The notes under the pieces were generated by a model, which was not told where the DNA came from, did not search any database, and saw only the letters and a program-made list of their open reading frames with translations. The translations under genes and the position numbers were made by a program. This document shows, one piece after another, positions 9,905 to 20,694 of a DNA stretch of 64,000 bases. The stretch's first letter is position 1. The number at the start of each line of letters is the position of its first letter. This DNA comes from an uncultured Gemmatimonadales bacterium. Lineage in GTDB: Bacteria > Gemmatimonadota > Gemmatimonadetes > Longimicrobiales > RSA9. The stretch covers positions 736,001 to 800,000 of the forward strand of contig CAWCRS010000007.1 in the NCBI GenBank assembly GCA_963798085.1, given 5' to 3'.

Positions 9905-12607
9905 TCAGTTCTCCATGCGCAATGCCCGCACCGGGTCCACGCGCGTGGCACGCCTCGCCGTCAGCACGGCCGCGAACAGCACGGTCAGCGCGAGCAGCAG
10001 CACGGCGGCAGCCAGCAAGGGGACATTCGTCGGACTCACCTCGAAAAGCAGGCGACGCAGCGCCCGCGTGGCCAGCAGCGCACCCGCCAGCCCCGCGGCC
10101 AGGCCGGCGAGGGCGACGCGCATCCCGCCGCCCACCACTTCGCGCGCCACGACCAGCGGCGAAGCACCCAGTGACACGCGCACGCCGATCTCGCGCGTGC
10201 GCTGCGCCACACTCCAGGACATGAGTCCCCACGCGCCCGCGCTGCTGAGCACGAGCGCGAGCAGCGCAAAGAAGCCTACTAACAGCGTGTTGACGCGCGC
10301 CGGCGCCAGTGCCGCAGCCTTGAGCTGGTCCATGATCGCGACGCGGCCGATCACCAGTTCCGGGCGGAACGCGTGAATCGCGGCACGCACGGCCTCCACC
10401 TGCGCCCGCGCGTTGCCCTGCGTGCGCACCACGACCTGCGGGACCTCCAGCGGCGATTGCAGCGTGTGCAGGTACACCTCCGGATCAGGCGCATCCTTGA
10501 GGCTGGCGTAGCGCGTGCCACCCACAACGCCAGTGATGGTAATCCAGGTGTCGCCGCCCAGGCGGATGCGCTGGCCCACTGGATTCTGGCCGGGGAAGAA
10601 GCGATCCGCCAGCGGCCCGTTGATCAGGACCACCGGATCCGCGCCCGCCCGGTCATCCGGAGTGAACATGCGGCCGCTCAGCAAAGGGATGCGCATGGCC
10701 GCGAAATAGCCCGCACTCGCCCTGCGCAGGTTGATCTCGGGCAGCTCGGCCGGCGCGTGCGGTTGCCCCTCGATCTCGAGCTTCGTTGTGATGTTGCTGG
10801 CACCACCGAGCGGCAGGCGTGAAATCTCGCCCGCCGCGATCACGCCGGGCAACGCGGTCAGCCGCGCATGGAGCTGCGGCATGAGGGCAATGCGCTCGGC
10901 CGGATCGCGCGGCAGGCCCGAGATATCGAACGCCAGCGCCTGCGAAGTATCGAACCCCGGATTCACGGCTTGCAGGTTGGCGAAGCTCTTCGCCAGCAGC
11001 AGCGCGCCCGCGGCCACCATGACGGCCAGTGCCACCTCGAACGCGACCAGCGCATTGCGCAGCGACGCCCGCCCCGCGCTCGTCCGACCGGCCGCGCGCA
11101 GCACGGCGGCCGGCGCCGTCCGCAGGGACTGCAGCAGGGGCGCCAGCCCCGCGAACAGGCCTGTCAGCAGCGCGAGCAGCAGTGCGAAGCCGAACACCAC
11201 GGTATCCACGCGGATCTCGTTCCGGCGAGGCAGGTCGGCGGGGAGGAGTGCGACGAGCGCCCGCACGCCCCACCACGCCAGCAGCGCGCCCAGCGCGCCG
11301 CCCAGCAGCGCGAGCAGCAGGCTCTCCGCCAGCGAGGCGCGCGCCAGCCGCGTGCGCGAAGCGCCCAGCGCCGCGCACACCGCCATGTCGCCGCGGCGGG
11401 CGTCGCCGCGCAGCAACAGCAGGTTAGCGACATTGGCGCAGGCAATGAGCAGCACCAGCCCGACCGCGCCGAAGAGCACGCTCAGTGCGGGCCGCACCGG
11501 GCCGACCCTGTCGTCGCGCAGTGGCACGACACGCACGCCGATCCCTTTCATCCGATCAGGATACGCCTGCGCCAGCCTTGCCGCGATCGCGCTCGCCTGC
11601 GCCCTCGCCTCGGTCAGCGTGCGGCCGGGCGCGATGTGCGCGACCAGCTCGAACAGCCGCACCTGCCTGTGCCCCGTCAGGTAGTAGCTGTTCCGCGCCA
11701 GCGGCAACCACACTTCCGCGTCCTCCTCCCAGCGGAACCCCGCGGGCAATACGCCGATCACCGTGACCGCACCTTCTTCGTCCAGCTGCATGGTGCTGCC
11801 GATGACGGCCGGCGAAGCACCGAACCGCCGCTGCCAGAGCGCCGTGCTGATCAGCACGACCGGCGGTGCGTCGGGTTTGTCATCGGCTGCCGTGAAGCTC
11901 CGGCCGATGACAGGCTTCGCGCCCAGCATGGGCAGGAACCCCGCAGAGGCGTAATTGCCGTGCACACGCTCCGGCTCCTGGTCGCCGCGGATCGTCAGGT
12001 TCCAGCGCGGAGTGACGCCGCCCGCCGCGTCCATGGTGGTGAGGTCGTGCACGTAGTCGGCGTACGTGTCGGGCGAGTGCGGGTCGCGCGGGCTGCCGCT
12101 CATCGTGTTGTCGCCCCACACCACCACCAGCCGGTCCGCATCCGCGTAGGGCAGCGAGCGCAGTAACACGGAGTTCACCACACTGAAGATCGCCGTGCTG
12201 GCGCCCAGCCCCAGCATCAGTGTGAGCAGTGCCAGCAGAGTGAAGCCGGGCCGCCTGCGCAGGCCCCGCCATGCGAACCGGAAATCACGGGCCACGTCGT
12301 TCACGCGCCACACTCCTTTCACGAAGGCCATCGACCCCCACAGCGCGCCGCGCAGGGCGGCGGCCGCATGGCGAACACGCGGCGCGAAACGGATGCGGGC
12401 ACACTCAATGACGAGCCCCATGGCACGAAGGGAAAAGCCCGCGGCCGCCAGCAGGCGAGCGGGCCATGCCGGGCGCGCCGCGCGCTGGGCGAGATGGGCC
12501 GCCAGCGCATCCTGGAACGCGGGCTCGAACCACGCTTCGCGCTGCTCCGCGGGCAGCAGTCGGGCCAGCCGTCGCGCCAGTGCGCCCGGCGCGCGTCCGC
12601 TCACCAC
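9905..12607 (-). CDS. ADOP-type duplicated orphan ABC permease (MacB_PCD/FtsX x2)
   Basis: DFRFAWRGLRRRPGF, LVLLIACANVANLLL and QRTREIGVRVSLGA. Start uncertain: GTG 12607/12604 or ATG 12736. Confidence 0.88.
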   Translation of the reverse strand: MVSGRAPGALARRLARLLPAEQREAWFEPAFQDALAAHLAQRAARPAWPARLLAAAGFSLRAMGLVIECARIRFAPRVRHAAAALRGALWGSMAFVKGVWRVNDVARDFRFAWRGLRRRPGFTLLALLTLMLGLGASTAIFSVVNSVLLRSLPYADADRLVVVWGDNTMSGSPRDPHSPDTYADYVHDLTTMDAAGGVTPRWNLTIRGDQEPERVHGNYASAGFLPMLGAKPVIGRSFTAADDKPDAPPVVLISTALWQRRFGASPAVIGSTMQLDEEGAVTVIGVLPAGFRWEEDAEVWLPLARNSYYLTGHRQVRLFELVAHIAPGRTLTEARAQASAIAARLAQAYPDRMKGIGVRVVPLRDDRVGPVRPALSVLFGAVGLVLLIACANVANLLLLRGDARRGDMAVCAALGASRTRLARASLAESLLLALLGGALGALLAWWGVRALVALLPADLPRRNEIRVDTVVFGFALLLALLTGLFAGLAPLLQSLRTAPAAVLRAAGRTSAGRASLRNALVAFEVALAVMVAAGALLLAKSFANLQAVNPGFDTSQALAFDISGLPRDPAERIALMPQLHARLTALPGVIAAGEISRLPLGGASNITTKLEIEGQPHAPAELPEINLRRASAGYFAAMRIPLLSGRMFTPDDRAGADPVVLINGPLADRFFPGQNPVGQRIRLGGDTWITITGVVGGTRYASLKDAPDPEVYLHTLQSPLEVPQVVVRTQGNARAQVEAVRAAIHAFRPELVIGRVAIMDQLKAAALAPARVNTLLVGFFALLALVLSSAGAWGLMSWSVAQRTREIGVRVSLGASPLVVAREVVGGGMRVALAGLAAGLAGALLATRALRRLLFEVSPTNVPLLAAAVLLLALTVLFAAVLTARRATRVDPVRALRMEN

Positions 12608-12732
12608 GTACCCGCCCCAGCGCCAGAATGCGCTTCGCCATGGACCGGTTGACGAGCACGACAGGCGTGCGTAAAACACGAGTCCGCACGGGCACGGTTG
12701 CGGGCGGCAACAGCTCACGACACGACAGCCGT

Positions 12733-13059
12733 TCATGCGGGCGCCAGCCCTTCATCGCCTTCCGCGGCGGTGATGGCGCTCACATAGAACTCGCGGCACG
12801 CCCGCCATGCGCGGCCGCCGTCCGCCGTGAGATGGTAGTTGCGCTCCTTGATGATCTGGCCGTCCACCACGTCCTGTGTGTACCAGCCTTTCACCAGGCC
12901 GGCACTCTCCAGTCGCGACATCATCTGGTAGAACGCCGGCCCCGACTGGCGCACGCGGTAGCGTTTCAGCCCGGCGCGCAGTTCTCTGCCGGCGCGGTCG
13001 CCCGCCAGCAGCGCGCCCAGCACCACGAACTGCAGATGACTCAGTTCCGGCAGCTTCAT
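12733..13059 (-). CDS. PadR-like winged-helix regulator
   Basis: GPAFYQMMSRLESAGLV...ERNYHLTADG; RBS ggag; lies directly upstream of an ADOP permease. Confidence 0.8.
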   Translation of the reverse strand: MKLPELSHLQFVVLGALLAGDRAGRELRAGLKRYRVRQSGPAFYQMMSRLESAGLVKGWYTQDVVDGQIIKERNYHLTADGGRAWRACREFYVSAITAAEGDEGLAPA

Positions 13060-13105
13060 GTCCGGCTCCAGGAAAGCGGCAGCGTGGGGCATGCGGCCCG
13101 ACACA

Positions 13106-13137
13106 CATAATGCGACGTTACGTCACTGCGCGCTATG
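13106..13137. promoter_or_regulatory. Candidate PadR operator (imperfect palindrome)
   Basis: cataatgcgacgttacgtcactgcgcgctatg, with cata/tatg ends and a central gacgt-t-acgtc palindrome, 47 nt upstream of the padR start. Confidence 0.4.
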
Positions 13138-13370
13138 CTAGTCGGCCGGTGCGCGACCCGCACACAGCCGCGGGATGGAAGCGGACGGACGCGGGCCGGA
13201 GGGAACGAAAACGGGGACGGCAGCACCGCCCCCGTTGCACCGCCGGAGTCTGCGTGGGCCGGTGAAGGGTGACCCAGCTACCGGGTGTAATCGGCCGCAG
13301 CGGCAGCCGCCCAATGGCGTTGCACTGCCTCGAAAGAGCGCTGCGGTTCTGCGTCGGCGCGCTTGCCGGA

Positions 13371-16176
13371 TCACTCCTGGCGCAGCGCGAGGACCGGGTC
13401 CAGTCGTGCGGCGCGCAGGGCCGGGAGCAGCGAGGCCAGACCCGCGACCAGCAGGAAGAGGATCGTGATCGCGCTGTACGTGAGCGGGTCGGTGGCGCTC
13501 ACACCCACCAGCAGGCTGCGCATGACACGCGTGAGTGCCACGGCCCCCAGCAGACCCACGCCGGTGCCCAGCAGACTCAGCGTCAGGCCCTGTCCGACAA
13601 TGAGCCGCAGGATGCTCGACTCGGGCGCGCCGAAGGCCATGCGCACGCCGATCTCCGAGGTGCGCTGCTTCACCACGTAGGCCAGCACGCCATACAGGCC
13701 AATGGCGGCCAGCACCAGCGCCAGCACGGCGAACGTGGCAATGAGCGTGAGCGCGAAGCGCGTGGGCGCCATGGCGAGATTCACCAGGTCCGTGAGCGGC
13801 GCGACATCGGCGATAGGCAGCAGCGGGTCGACTTCCCTGACCTGCTGTTTGGCCGCCTGCACGAGACGCAGCGGATCGCCTGTGGTGCGCACGATCCAGC
13901 GCAGGGCGCCGAAGCTGCCCGCGTAGCCCGGGGTGAAGTAGATGGCCTCCGGCCCTTCGCTGGTGAGCGAGCGCTGCAGCTGGTGCCGCACCACGCCAAT
14001 GATCTGTACGGGCACAGCCTCCGGCGTAGTGACGCGGATGAGGATCTGCTGGCCCACGGCGGATTGTCCGTGAAACGCGATCTTTGCCAGCTTCTCATCC
14101 ACCACCACGACCGCCGCCGCCGTCTGCTCATCCGCTTCCGTGAAGGTGCGTCCTTCCACCAGCGGCGTGCGCAGCGCCTCGAAATAGCCCGGCTTCACGG
14201 CGCGGTAGTCCGCCTGGTGGAAGGCCTGCGGATCGGTGGCTGCCTCGAGCGTGCCCCAGCGGCCATTGAAGTACTGGCCATCGAGCGGCAGCGGGTTGGC
14301 GGCGGTGACTGCCGTGACGCCGGGCAGGCCGGCCAGCCGGTCGTGCACCCGGGTGAAGAAGGCGGCGCGTACAGCGGGATCGCGATACCGCGGGCCCGCC
14401 GGCGCGGCGTTCAACGTGAGTACGCCCTGCGCATCGAAACCCGGGTCGACCCGCTGCAACGCCACGAACGTGCGCATCATGAGACCGGCGCCAATCAGCA
14501 GCACGAGCGAGAGCGCGACCTCAGCCACGATCACGCTGCTGCGCAGCAGGCGGTTGGCGGAGAGGCCGGGCGTGCGCCCGCCTTCGCGCAGCACACCCGC
14601 CACATCCGCCCGGGAAGCGCGCAGCGCGGGCGCCGCGCCGAACAGTGCTGCGCAGGCGAGCGCCGCTAACCCGGTGTATGCAAGTACCCAGCCGTCCAGG
14701 CCGATCGCGCCCACGCGCGGCAGCTGCTCCGGCTGCAGCACGCGCAGCAGCTTCACGCCGGCCAGCGCCAGCCCGATGCCCAGCAGGGAACCCGCAGCGC
14801 TGAGCAGCACGCTTTCCACGAGCATCTGCCGGATCAGGCGCCAGCGGCGCCCGCCCACCGCCGCGCGCACCGCCAGCTCGCGCTCCCGCGCGCTGGAACG
14901 CACCAGCAGGAGATTGGCCACGTTGGCGCACGCAATGAGCAGCACGAACACCACCGAGCCCATGAGCGCCCAGAGGATGGGCCGGACGGGGGCCACCAGG
15001 TCCTCGTGCATGGGAATCACATCCAGCGCCAGCCCCGCCGTTTCCTTGATGGTGAAACGCTGGCGCAGGTCGGCGGCAATGCGATCCATGTCCTGCTGCG
15101 CACGCGGCACGGTGGCGCCGGGCCGGAGCCGCCCGATCACGCGCAAGAACACGTTGTTACGGTTGGCGTTCACGTAGTCGATGCGAGCCGCCGTCCACAT
15201 GTCGACGTGCGACTGCATCCCGGCGGCTGCGGGCATGAGCAGCTCGAAGTCGGGCGGCGCCACGCCCACTACCTCGGCAGGACCGCTGCCCAGGTCGACG
15301 ATCCTGCCGATCACGTCGCTGCGCCCGCCAAAGCGCGAGCGCCAGAACCCATTGTCCAGGATCACCGCCGTGTTGAGCCGCGCCGGCGCAGACGCTGGGG
15401 CAGCGGCAGCGCCCTGGGTCGGCCGCGGCGGCACCACGCCGTCCGCGTCGTTGAAGGCGCGGCCCAGCACCGGGCGCACGCCCAGCACCGAGAAGAAGTT
15501 GGTGGTGACACCACCTGCGCGGATCTGTGCCGGCTCGCCGTCACTCGTCAGCGCGTCCGCGTACGTCCACGCACCCGCGAAATCCTGGAACTGCGTGGAC
15601 ATTTGCCGATAGTCCAGGAAGTCGGGGGGCGACGTGGGGAAGTACTTCACGCCCCGTCGAGTCAGCTCGGCCCACACCAGGGTCAGCTGCTGCGGATCCG
15701 CGTACGGCAGCGGCCGCAGCAGCACGGCGCGCACCACACTGAAGATGGCCGCGTTGGCGCCAATGCCCAGGCCGATGGTGAGCACGGCCGCAATCGTGAA
15801 ACCCGGCGCGCGCAGCAGCGAGCGCAGACCGTGTCGCACATCTCTCGCCAGCCCATTCATGATCATCATTCCGCGAAACGAGGATCCGCTTGCATCGTCC
15901 GCAAAGCGCGGGTGATGCCCCGATCTGCCCTGCCATCGCTCCACCACGACGCCGCGCAGCAGGTCCAGCAGCGTGCCCGCCCAGAGGACCGTCAGCGCAC
16001 GCACGCCGTTGCGCTCCATGGCATCCTGTGCGCGCTGCCCGAACACGTGCGTCATTCTCGCGGCCGTAGCGCTCGCGCAGCGCGGCCGGATACACGCGGA
16101 GCAGCATTGCGTACACGCGCTCCGAAAACCGCACCGCGCGCGTGCGACTGGGCATGCGACCCGGCCGTCCGCTCAT
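13371..16176 (-). CDS. ADOP-type duplicated orphan ABC permease, with a +1 frameshift near 16056
   Basis: N-terminal prefix LLRVYPAALRERYGRE(M) (ORF from 16176) joins MTHVF... (ORF 16055-13371) if one base of 'gagaatg' is removed; two MacB/FtsX halves. Confidence 0.85.
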
Positions 16177-16180
16177 TGCC

Positions 16181-16582
16181 TCACACCGCCCGCGCCCGGC
16201 CCGCGAGCAGCTTGCGCGACCTCGCCGTCGCCACTCTCGCCGCCAGCCGCGACGCCTCCGCTTCCGCTACCGTGCGACCGAGCGGCGTCAGCGCGTAGTA
16301 ACGCCGGCGCGCATCGTCGGCTTCATCCGGCCGCTCGTCCCGCTCCTCGATGAGTCCCTGGTCCACCATGCGGAAAATTGCGCGATACAACGTGCCCGCG
16401 TGCAGCGTGACCGCGCCATCCGTGCGCTCTTCAATGTCGCGCAGGATCGCGTAGCCATGGCGAGGCCCATCGGCCAGGCTGAGCAGCAGCTCGAACCCGG
16501 CTTCCGTCAGCGGCAGGAACGAATCAATGGGCGGCGTCGTCGCCTTCTTCGTAGCAGTGCGTGCGTTCTTTCTCGGTGTCAT
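16181..16582 (-). CDS. PadR-family regulator
   Basis: LLLSLADGPRHGYAILRDIEERT...GTLYRAI...RRRYYALTPLG; RBS ggag. Confidence 0.9.
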   Translation of the reverse strand: MTPRKNARTATKKATTPPIDSFLPLTEAGFELLLSLADGPRHGYAILRDIEERTDGAVTLHAGTLYRAIFRMVDQGLIEERDERPDEADDARRRYYALTPLGRTVAEAEASRLAARVATARSRKLLAGRARAV

Positions 16583-16599
16583 GGGCGCGTCTCCCGGGT

Positions 16600-16642
16600 C
16601 TATGTTCCCGGTACCTATACGCCCTGGGCACATAGTGGACAA
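16600..16642 (-). promoter_or_regulatory. Sigma70-type promoter of padR overlapped by a palindromic operator
   Basis: Minus strand TTGTCC-17 nt-TATAGG (16642-16614); imperfect inverted repeat ctatgttcccgg/ctgggcacatag (10 of 12 match) over 16600-16635. Confidence 0.6.
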
Positions 16643-16711
16643 GCGTGCGGGGACGAGTGCGAGGGGCAGTGTGATGACCGGCGCGCGACTGCGCGCCGGC
16701 GTTGGCGAGGA

Positions 16712-17143
16712 TCAGGCTGCGGCGGGTTCCCGGTAGAGCCAGGCGCCCAGCATGCCGGCGACGATCAGCTCACCCAGCGCCCAGAAAAGCCCCACAGTGA
16801 GCGCGTGGATGGGGAACGCGCCCATGGCCAGGAAGTTGAGTGCGCCAAGCCCGCTCCAGAGCAGCCACGTGACGAGGGCCGCTGTGAAAGCGGTCTTGGG
16901 TCCCGGTCCGAAGCGCGGGCGGAAGGCGGCGTACAGCCAGACCACGAGGATGCCGATGGCGAAGCCCATGAGGAGATACAACGTCAAGGCGACGGTCATG
17001 TCGGGGTGCAGGTTGAGACGCTGCATGGCGGCGTCGAAGTCGGCATCGATGACGTAGCCGTTGAGGATGAACTCGCTGACGTTGATAAGCACGCCGGCCG
17101 CGATACCACCGAGCAGGACTCTCCCGACGTTCACGCGCGACAT
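16712..17143 (-). CDS. Hypothetical four-TM membrane protein
   Basis: Hydrophobic segments with motif YAAFRPRFGPGPKTA; RBS ggagg. Confidence 0.75.
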   Translation of the reverse strand: MSRVNVGRVLLGGIAAGVLINVSEFILNGYVIDADFDAAMQRLNLHPDMTVALTLYLLMGFAIGILVVWLYAAFRPRFGPGPKTAFTAALVTWLLWSGLGALNFLAMGAFPIHALTVGLFWALGELIVAGMLGAWLYREPAAA

Positions 17144-17250
17144 GTACACCCTCCGTCAGGTGGGGCGGCGCGGCCAGGGGGCGCACGTCGCCTTGGCTTG
17201 CCGACCGCGAAATTGGTGGGGTGCGCAAAGAAAGCGCGTAGCGGCGCCAC

Positions 17251-17345
17251 TGTCAACAACGGCGTCTATTGGCGGGTGCCTGCCAGTGCTCCAGCTGGTG
17301 TCTACAACGGCGTTAGAGGCGGGTGCCTGCCAGCGCTCCGGCGGT
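17251..17345 (+). repeat. Two-unit imperfect tandem repeat (48 and 47 nt)
   Basis: tgtcaacaacggcgtctattggcgggtgcctgccagtgctccagctgg / tgtctacaacggcgttagaggcgggtgcctgccagcgctccggcggt. Confidence 0.8.
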
Positions 17346-17419
17346 TCCGTGTCTGTGCGGCGAGCGGTGAAATCGGGCAGAATGCCCGATCGCGGTTGCG
17401 ATAGCGGACCGGGCGTGCG

Positions 17420-17443
17420 ACTGTCACAGCCGGCCGGCATCAT
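17420..17443 (+). promoter_or_regulatory. Candidate PafBC-type (RecA-NDp-like) promoter of the addB-addA-pafB-pafC operon
   Basis: ACTGTCAC-agccggccgg-CATCAT, i.e. TGTCAC-N10-CA-N3-T; a second copy occurs at 36414-36437 on the minus strand. Confidence 0.5.
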
Positions 17444-17526
17444 TACTCCCGGATCACGCATGTGGACCGTACGCGCCACTCCGGTCAGGGTCCACAGGCC
17501 GGCATCGGCAACCGCCCTCAAATGGC

Positions 17527-20500
17527 ATGGCTCGACTTCGTCTGGTTCTGGCAACGGACCCGTGGCTCCTTCTGGAAGACGCGGCGGATGCATTCCTTTC
17601 GCCTGCGCCCGCCTCGCCTGCAGTTCCCTTTCCTTCGCCACCCTTTCTGCTGGCGCTGCGTCAGGGCGGTCTGCGTGACGACCTGATCGCAATGGCGGCT
17701 GCACGCGGGGTGCGCGGCTGGTTCGATCCGCCTCTCTGTCTTTTTTCGCAGCTGCCTGAACTCCTGGGTGTGACGCGCGCCGCGTGCGGCGATTACGAGC
17801 GCCTGGTGCTGCTGGCGAGCGTGCTGCGCAGCGCTGCGCCGCGCGTGTTCTCGCGTCTGTCCCGACCGGACGCGTTCGTGGACGCGCTGGACCGTCTGTT
17901 TGGCGAGCTGGCAGGCGAGGGCGTGACGGCGGACGCGTTGCCGGGCGCACTCGCGCGCGCCGGGCGCGATGCGTTCGAGATCAACCGTGATGCCGACCTC
18001 GCCGCCGCGTACGACGCCTACCTTGCCGCGCTCGCTGCACAGGGTCTCCGTGATGATCGTGCGCGCTGGATCGACGCCGCTGCCGCGGTGCGCAACGATG
18101 CGCCGGGGCTGGCGCGACGACTCGGCCAGCGGCGCGAGCTGCGGCTCTTCGGACTGCAGGATCTGCGCGCCGGCTGGCGCACGCTGCTCGAGGCATTGCG
18201 CGCTTCGCCCGCGCTCGATGCCATCACCGTGCACACGTCCGCGCCGCTGCACACCGACGAAGCGCTGGATGCGGACGTGGTGACGGTGCTGGACGACACG
18301 TCGTCGCTTGCCCGCCGCTTGTTCACTGTTCGTGATGCACCATTTCAGGCGACGACGCCGCGTCTGGAAATCTTCTCCTCGCCGGATGCGGAGCGTGAGG
18401 CGGAGCAGGTGGCCGTGCGCGTGCGCGCGCTGCTCGATGGCGGCGCGCCGCCCGAGCGCATTGCCGTGGTGGCGCGCAGCGCGCGGCCCTGGGTGGACCT
18501 GGTGCTGGACGCGCTGGCCCACTGCGGTGTGTCTGCCACGGCCAGGCGAAGGCACAGCTTCGCCAGCATTCCGGTGGTGCGCTCGGTGCTCTCGCTGTTT
18601 GCCGTGGCCAGAGACGGCTGGCCTCGGCATGGCCTGGTCGAGCTGGCCGAGCAGCCCTACCTCGGCATCGATCTCGACGCGACCGTGCTCAACTACATCG
18701 GCTACCGGCGCCGCGTCGAAGGGCTGGATGACTGGATGGCCGCGCACGAGCGGCTGCTCGCGGAGGTGGAAGCGCGGGAGCGCAAGCATGCAGACGACGA
18801 TGCGGAGCCGGATCGCCGTCGCATGTCACTGCCTCCCGGGTGGCGCGTGCGCCGCGCGGTGGAAGCGTTCCGCCGCTTCGCCGGTTTCGCGCGGCCACTC
18901 GATTCGGCGCGGCCGCTGCACGCGTGGCTGGACTGGCTGCTCGCATTGCTCGGTGCCGATACGCGCGTGGAAGACGATGCGTCGTTGCCCGCGCAGGCGT
19001 GGGATGTGGCGCGCCACGTGTACGACGCGCCCGATGGTTGCGAGGATGTGGTGCGTCTGGACGCTGCCGGATTGCGTGGCGCACAGAGCGTCATTGCCGA
19101 GTGGCGTCGCGCGCTGGAGCGCTGGCGTGACGTGGCCCCACTGAGCGTCGCCGGGTTCGCGGGGCGGCTGCAGTCGATGCTCTCCGGTGATGCGGCGCTG
19201 TGGACGCGGGCGCGGCGCAGCGTGCAGGTGCTGGAGGGACTGGCCGCGGCGCACCGCGCCTTCGATCACGTCTTCCTTGTGGGCATGGCGGGCGGTCGCT
19301 TCCCGCTGCCCATGCCGCGCTCACCGATTCTCGGCGAGATCGAGCGAGCGCGGCTGGCGTCGGTCCTGCCGCTGGACACGAGCGAGCGGTGGGACACGCG
19401 CGAGCGCGAGCTGTTCCGTGTGCTCGTCGCGGGTGCGCGCGCCTCGCTGACCGTGAGCTGGCCACGCCTGGACGAGCGCGGCGGCGAGACCGTGCCATCC
19501 GCATTCCTGGAAGAGCTGCTCGATGTGGCCGGCGCCCTGCCGCTCGATCTTCCCACGCACGAGGTGCGCACGATGGGCGTGCCGCTGATCGCGGACGCGG
19601 CCGCGGTGCCGCTGGCGCTGCACGCGGCGACCATCGAGGGCGAGCGCGCGACCGGGCGGCTCTCGCCCTGGAACGGCCTGATCACAAACACGGCATTACG
19701 GGCGGCGCTGGGCGAGCGGCTGGGACCGGAATACGTGTGGAGTCCCACGCAGCTGGAGAGCTACGCGAAATGTCCGTGGGCCTGGTTTTCCGCCCGCCTG
19801 CTGCACCTGGAGAAGCTGTCGGATCCCGATGTCGACATCGATCCACGCGCCCGCGGCAGCCTTCTGCACGACGCGCTGCGGCGCTTCTTCGACAGCGCCC
19901 GCGAACGCTTCGGCCGGCCGGTGTTCCTGCTGCCCGGGGACCTCGATGCCTGGGCGCGCACACTGCTGCACGAATCGCTGGAAACGGCGCTCGCCGCTGT
20001 GGCCGATGAGGTGTGGCTCGGCCAGCCCGCGCTGCGCCTGACCAAGCGCGCCGAGCTGCGGCGCATGCTCGACCGCTTCCTCGAAGGTGAAGCCGAGTAC
20101 AACGAAAAGCTGCTCGATCGCCCGCACTGGACGTACACGCGCACGTTGCGCATGGCCGCGGCGGCGCACGAGCTGGCCTTCGATGAACTGCGCATCCGGG
20201 CAGGCGGCGAGATGCTCCGTCTGCGCGGCACCATCGATCGCGTGGATGTCAGCTGCGACGACCGGGTCGCGGCGGCCGACTGCGTGGCAGCGATCGACTA
20301 CAAGACGACGAAGTGGTCCACGCCCGGGTCAGGCGAGGGCCTGGCGTGGAGCGACGGTGTCGTGCTCCAGGTGCCACTCTATGCGGAAGCGCTGCTGCAG
20401 CTGCGTCCCGGCTCGCGCGTGGCGAGGGTCGCCTATCGCGCGATCCGCTCGCGCGACCTCGTGCACAAGCTCGATCTGCTCGAAGTCAAAGGCAGCAGGG

Positions 20501-20694
20501 GGCACCTCGAGCTGACGCGGAACACGGAGGGCGAGCAGAAGCTGGAGCGCGCGCTGGACGCGGTGGCGCAGCACGTACGGGCCGCGCGTGCCGGTGAGTT
20601 CCCCGCTGATCCGGCGCCCTCGTGCAAGTGTCCGACGTTCTGTCATGCGTGGGAGATCTGTCGCGTGCGCGGTGGGCCGCAGGCGAAATGGTGA
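17527..20694 (+). CDS. addB: AddB-like subunit: inactive helicase scaffold plus RecB-family PD-(D/E)xK nuclease with Fe-S cysteines
   Basis: ERIAVVAR, FDHVFLVGM, WSPTQLESYAKCP, RGSLLHDAL, LRGTIDRVD, IDYKT, LQVPLY, C-terminal CKCPTFCHAWEIC; no Walker A seen. Confidence 0.8.
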   Translation: MARLRLVLATDPWLLLEDAADAFLSPAPASPAVPFPSPPFLLALRQGGLRDDLIAMAAARGVRGWFDPPLCLFSQLPELLGVTRAACGDYERLVLLASVLRSAAPRVFSRLSRPDAFVDALDRLFGELAGEGVTADALPGALARAGRDAFEINRDADLAAAYDAYLAALAAQGLRDDRARWIDAAAAVRNDAPGLARRLGQRRELRLFGLQDLRAGWRTLLEALRASPALDAITVHTSAPLHTDEALDADVVTVLDDTSSLARRLFTVRDAPFQATTPRLEIFSSPDAEREAEQVAVRVRALLDGGAPPERIAVVARSARPWVDLVLDALAHCGVSATARRRHSFASIPVVRSVLSLFAVARDGWPRHGLVELAEQPYLGIDLDATVLNYIGYRRRVEGLDDWMAAHERLLAEVEARERKHADDDAEPDRRRMSLPPGWRVRRAVEAFRRFAGFARPLDSARPLHAWLDWLLALLGADTRVEDDASLPAQAWDVARHVYDAPDGCEDVVRLDAAGLRGAQSVIAEWRRALERWRDVAPLSVAGFAGRLQSMLSGDAALWTRARRSVQVLEGLAAAHRAFDHVFLVGMAGGRFPLPMPRSPILGEIERARLASVLPLDTSERWDTRERELFRVLVAGARASLTVSWPRLDERGGETVPSAFLEELLDVAGALPLDLPTHEVRTMGVPLIADAAAVPLALHAATIEGERATGRLSPWNGLITNTALRAALGERLGPEYVWSPTQLESYAKCPWAWFSARLLHLEKLSDPDVDIDPRARGSLLHDALRRFFDSARERFGRPVFLLPGDLDAWARTLLHESLETALAAVADEVWLGQPALRLTKRAELRRMLDRFLEGEAEYNEKLLDRPHWTYTRTLRMAAAAHELAFDELRIRAGGEMLRLRGTIDRVDVSCDDRVAAADCVAAIDYKTTKWSTPGSGEGLAWSDGVVLQVPLYAEALLQLRPGSRVARVAYRAIRSRDLVHKLDLLEVKGSRGHLELTRNTEGEQKLERALDAVAQHVRAARAGEFPADPAPSCKCPTFCHAWEICRVRGGPQAKW

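Noticed and set aside
17251..17345. Possible CRISPR array or integron attC site
   Set aside because: Only two adjacent units with no spacer, no cas or integrase gene, and no attC-length hairpin.
19740..20694. Cas4 call for the Fe-S PD-(D/E)xK domain
   Set aside because: It is the C-terminus of a 1055-aa AddB-like protein coupled to an AddA-like helicase, with no CRISPR context.
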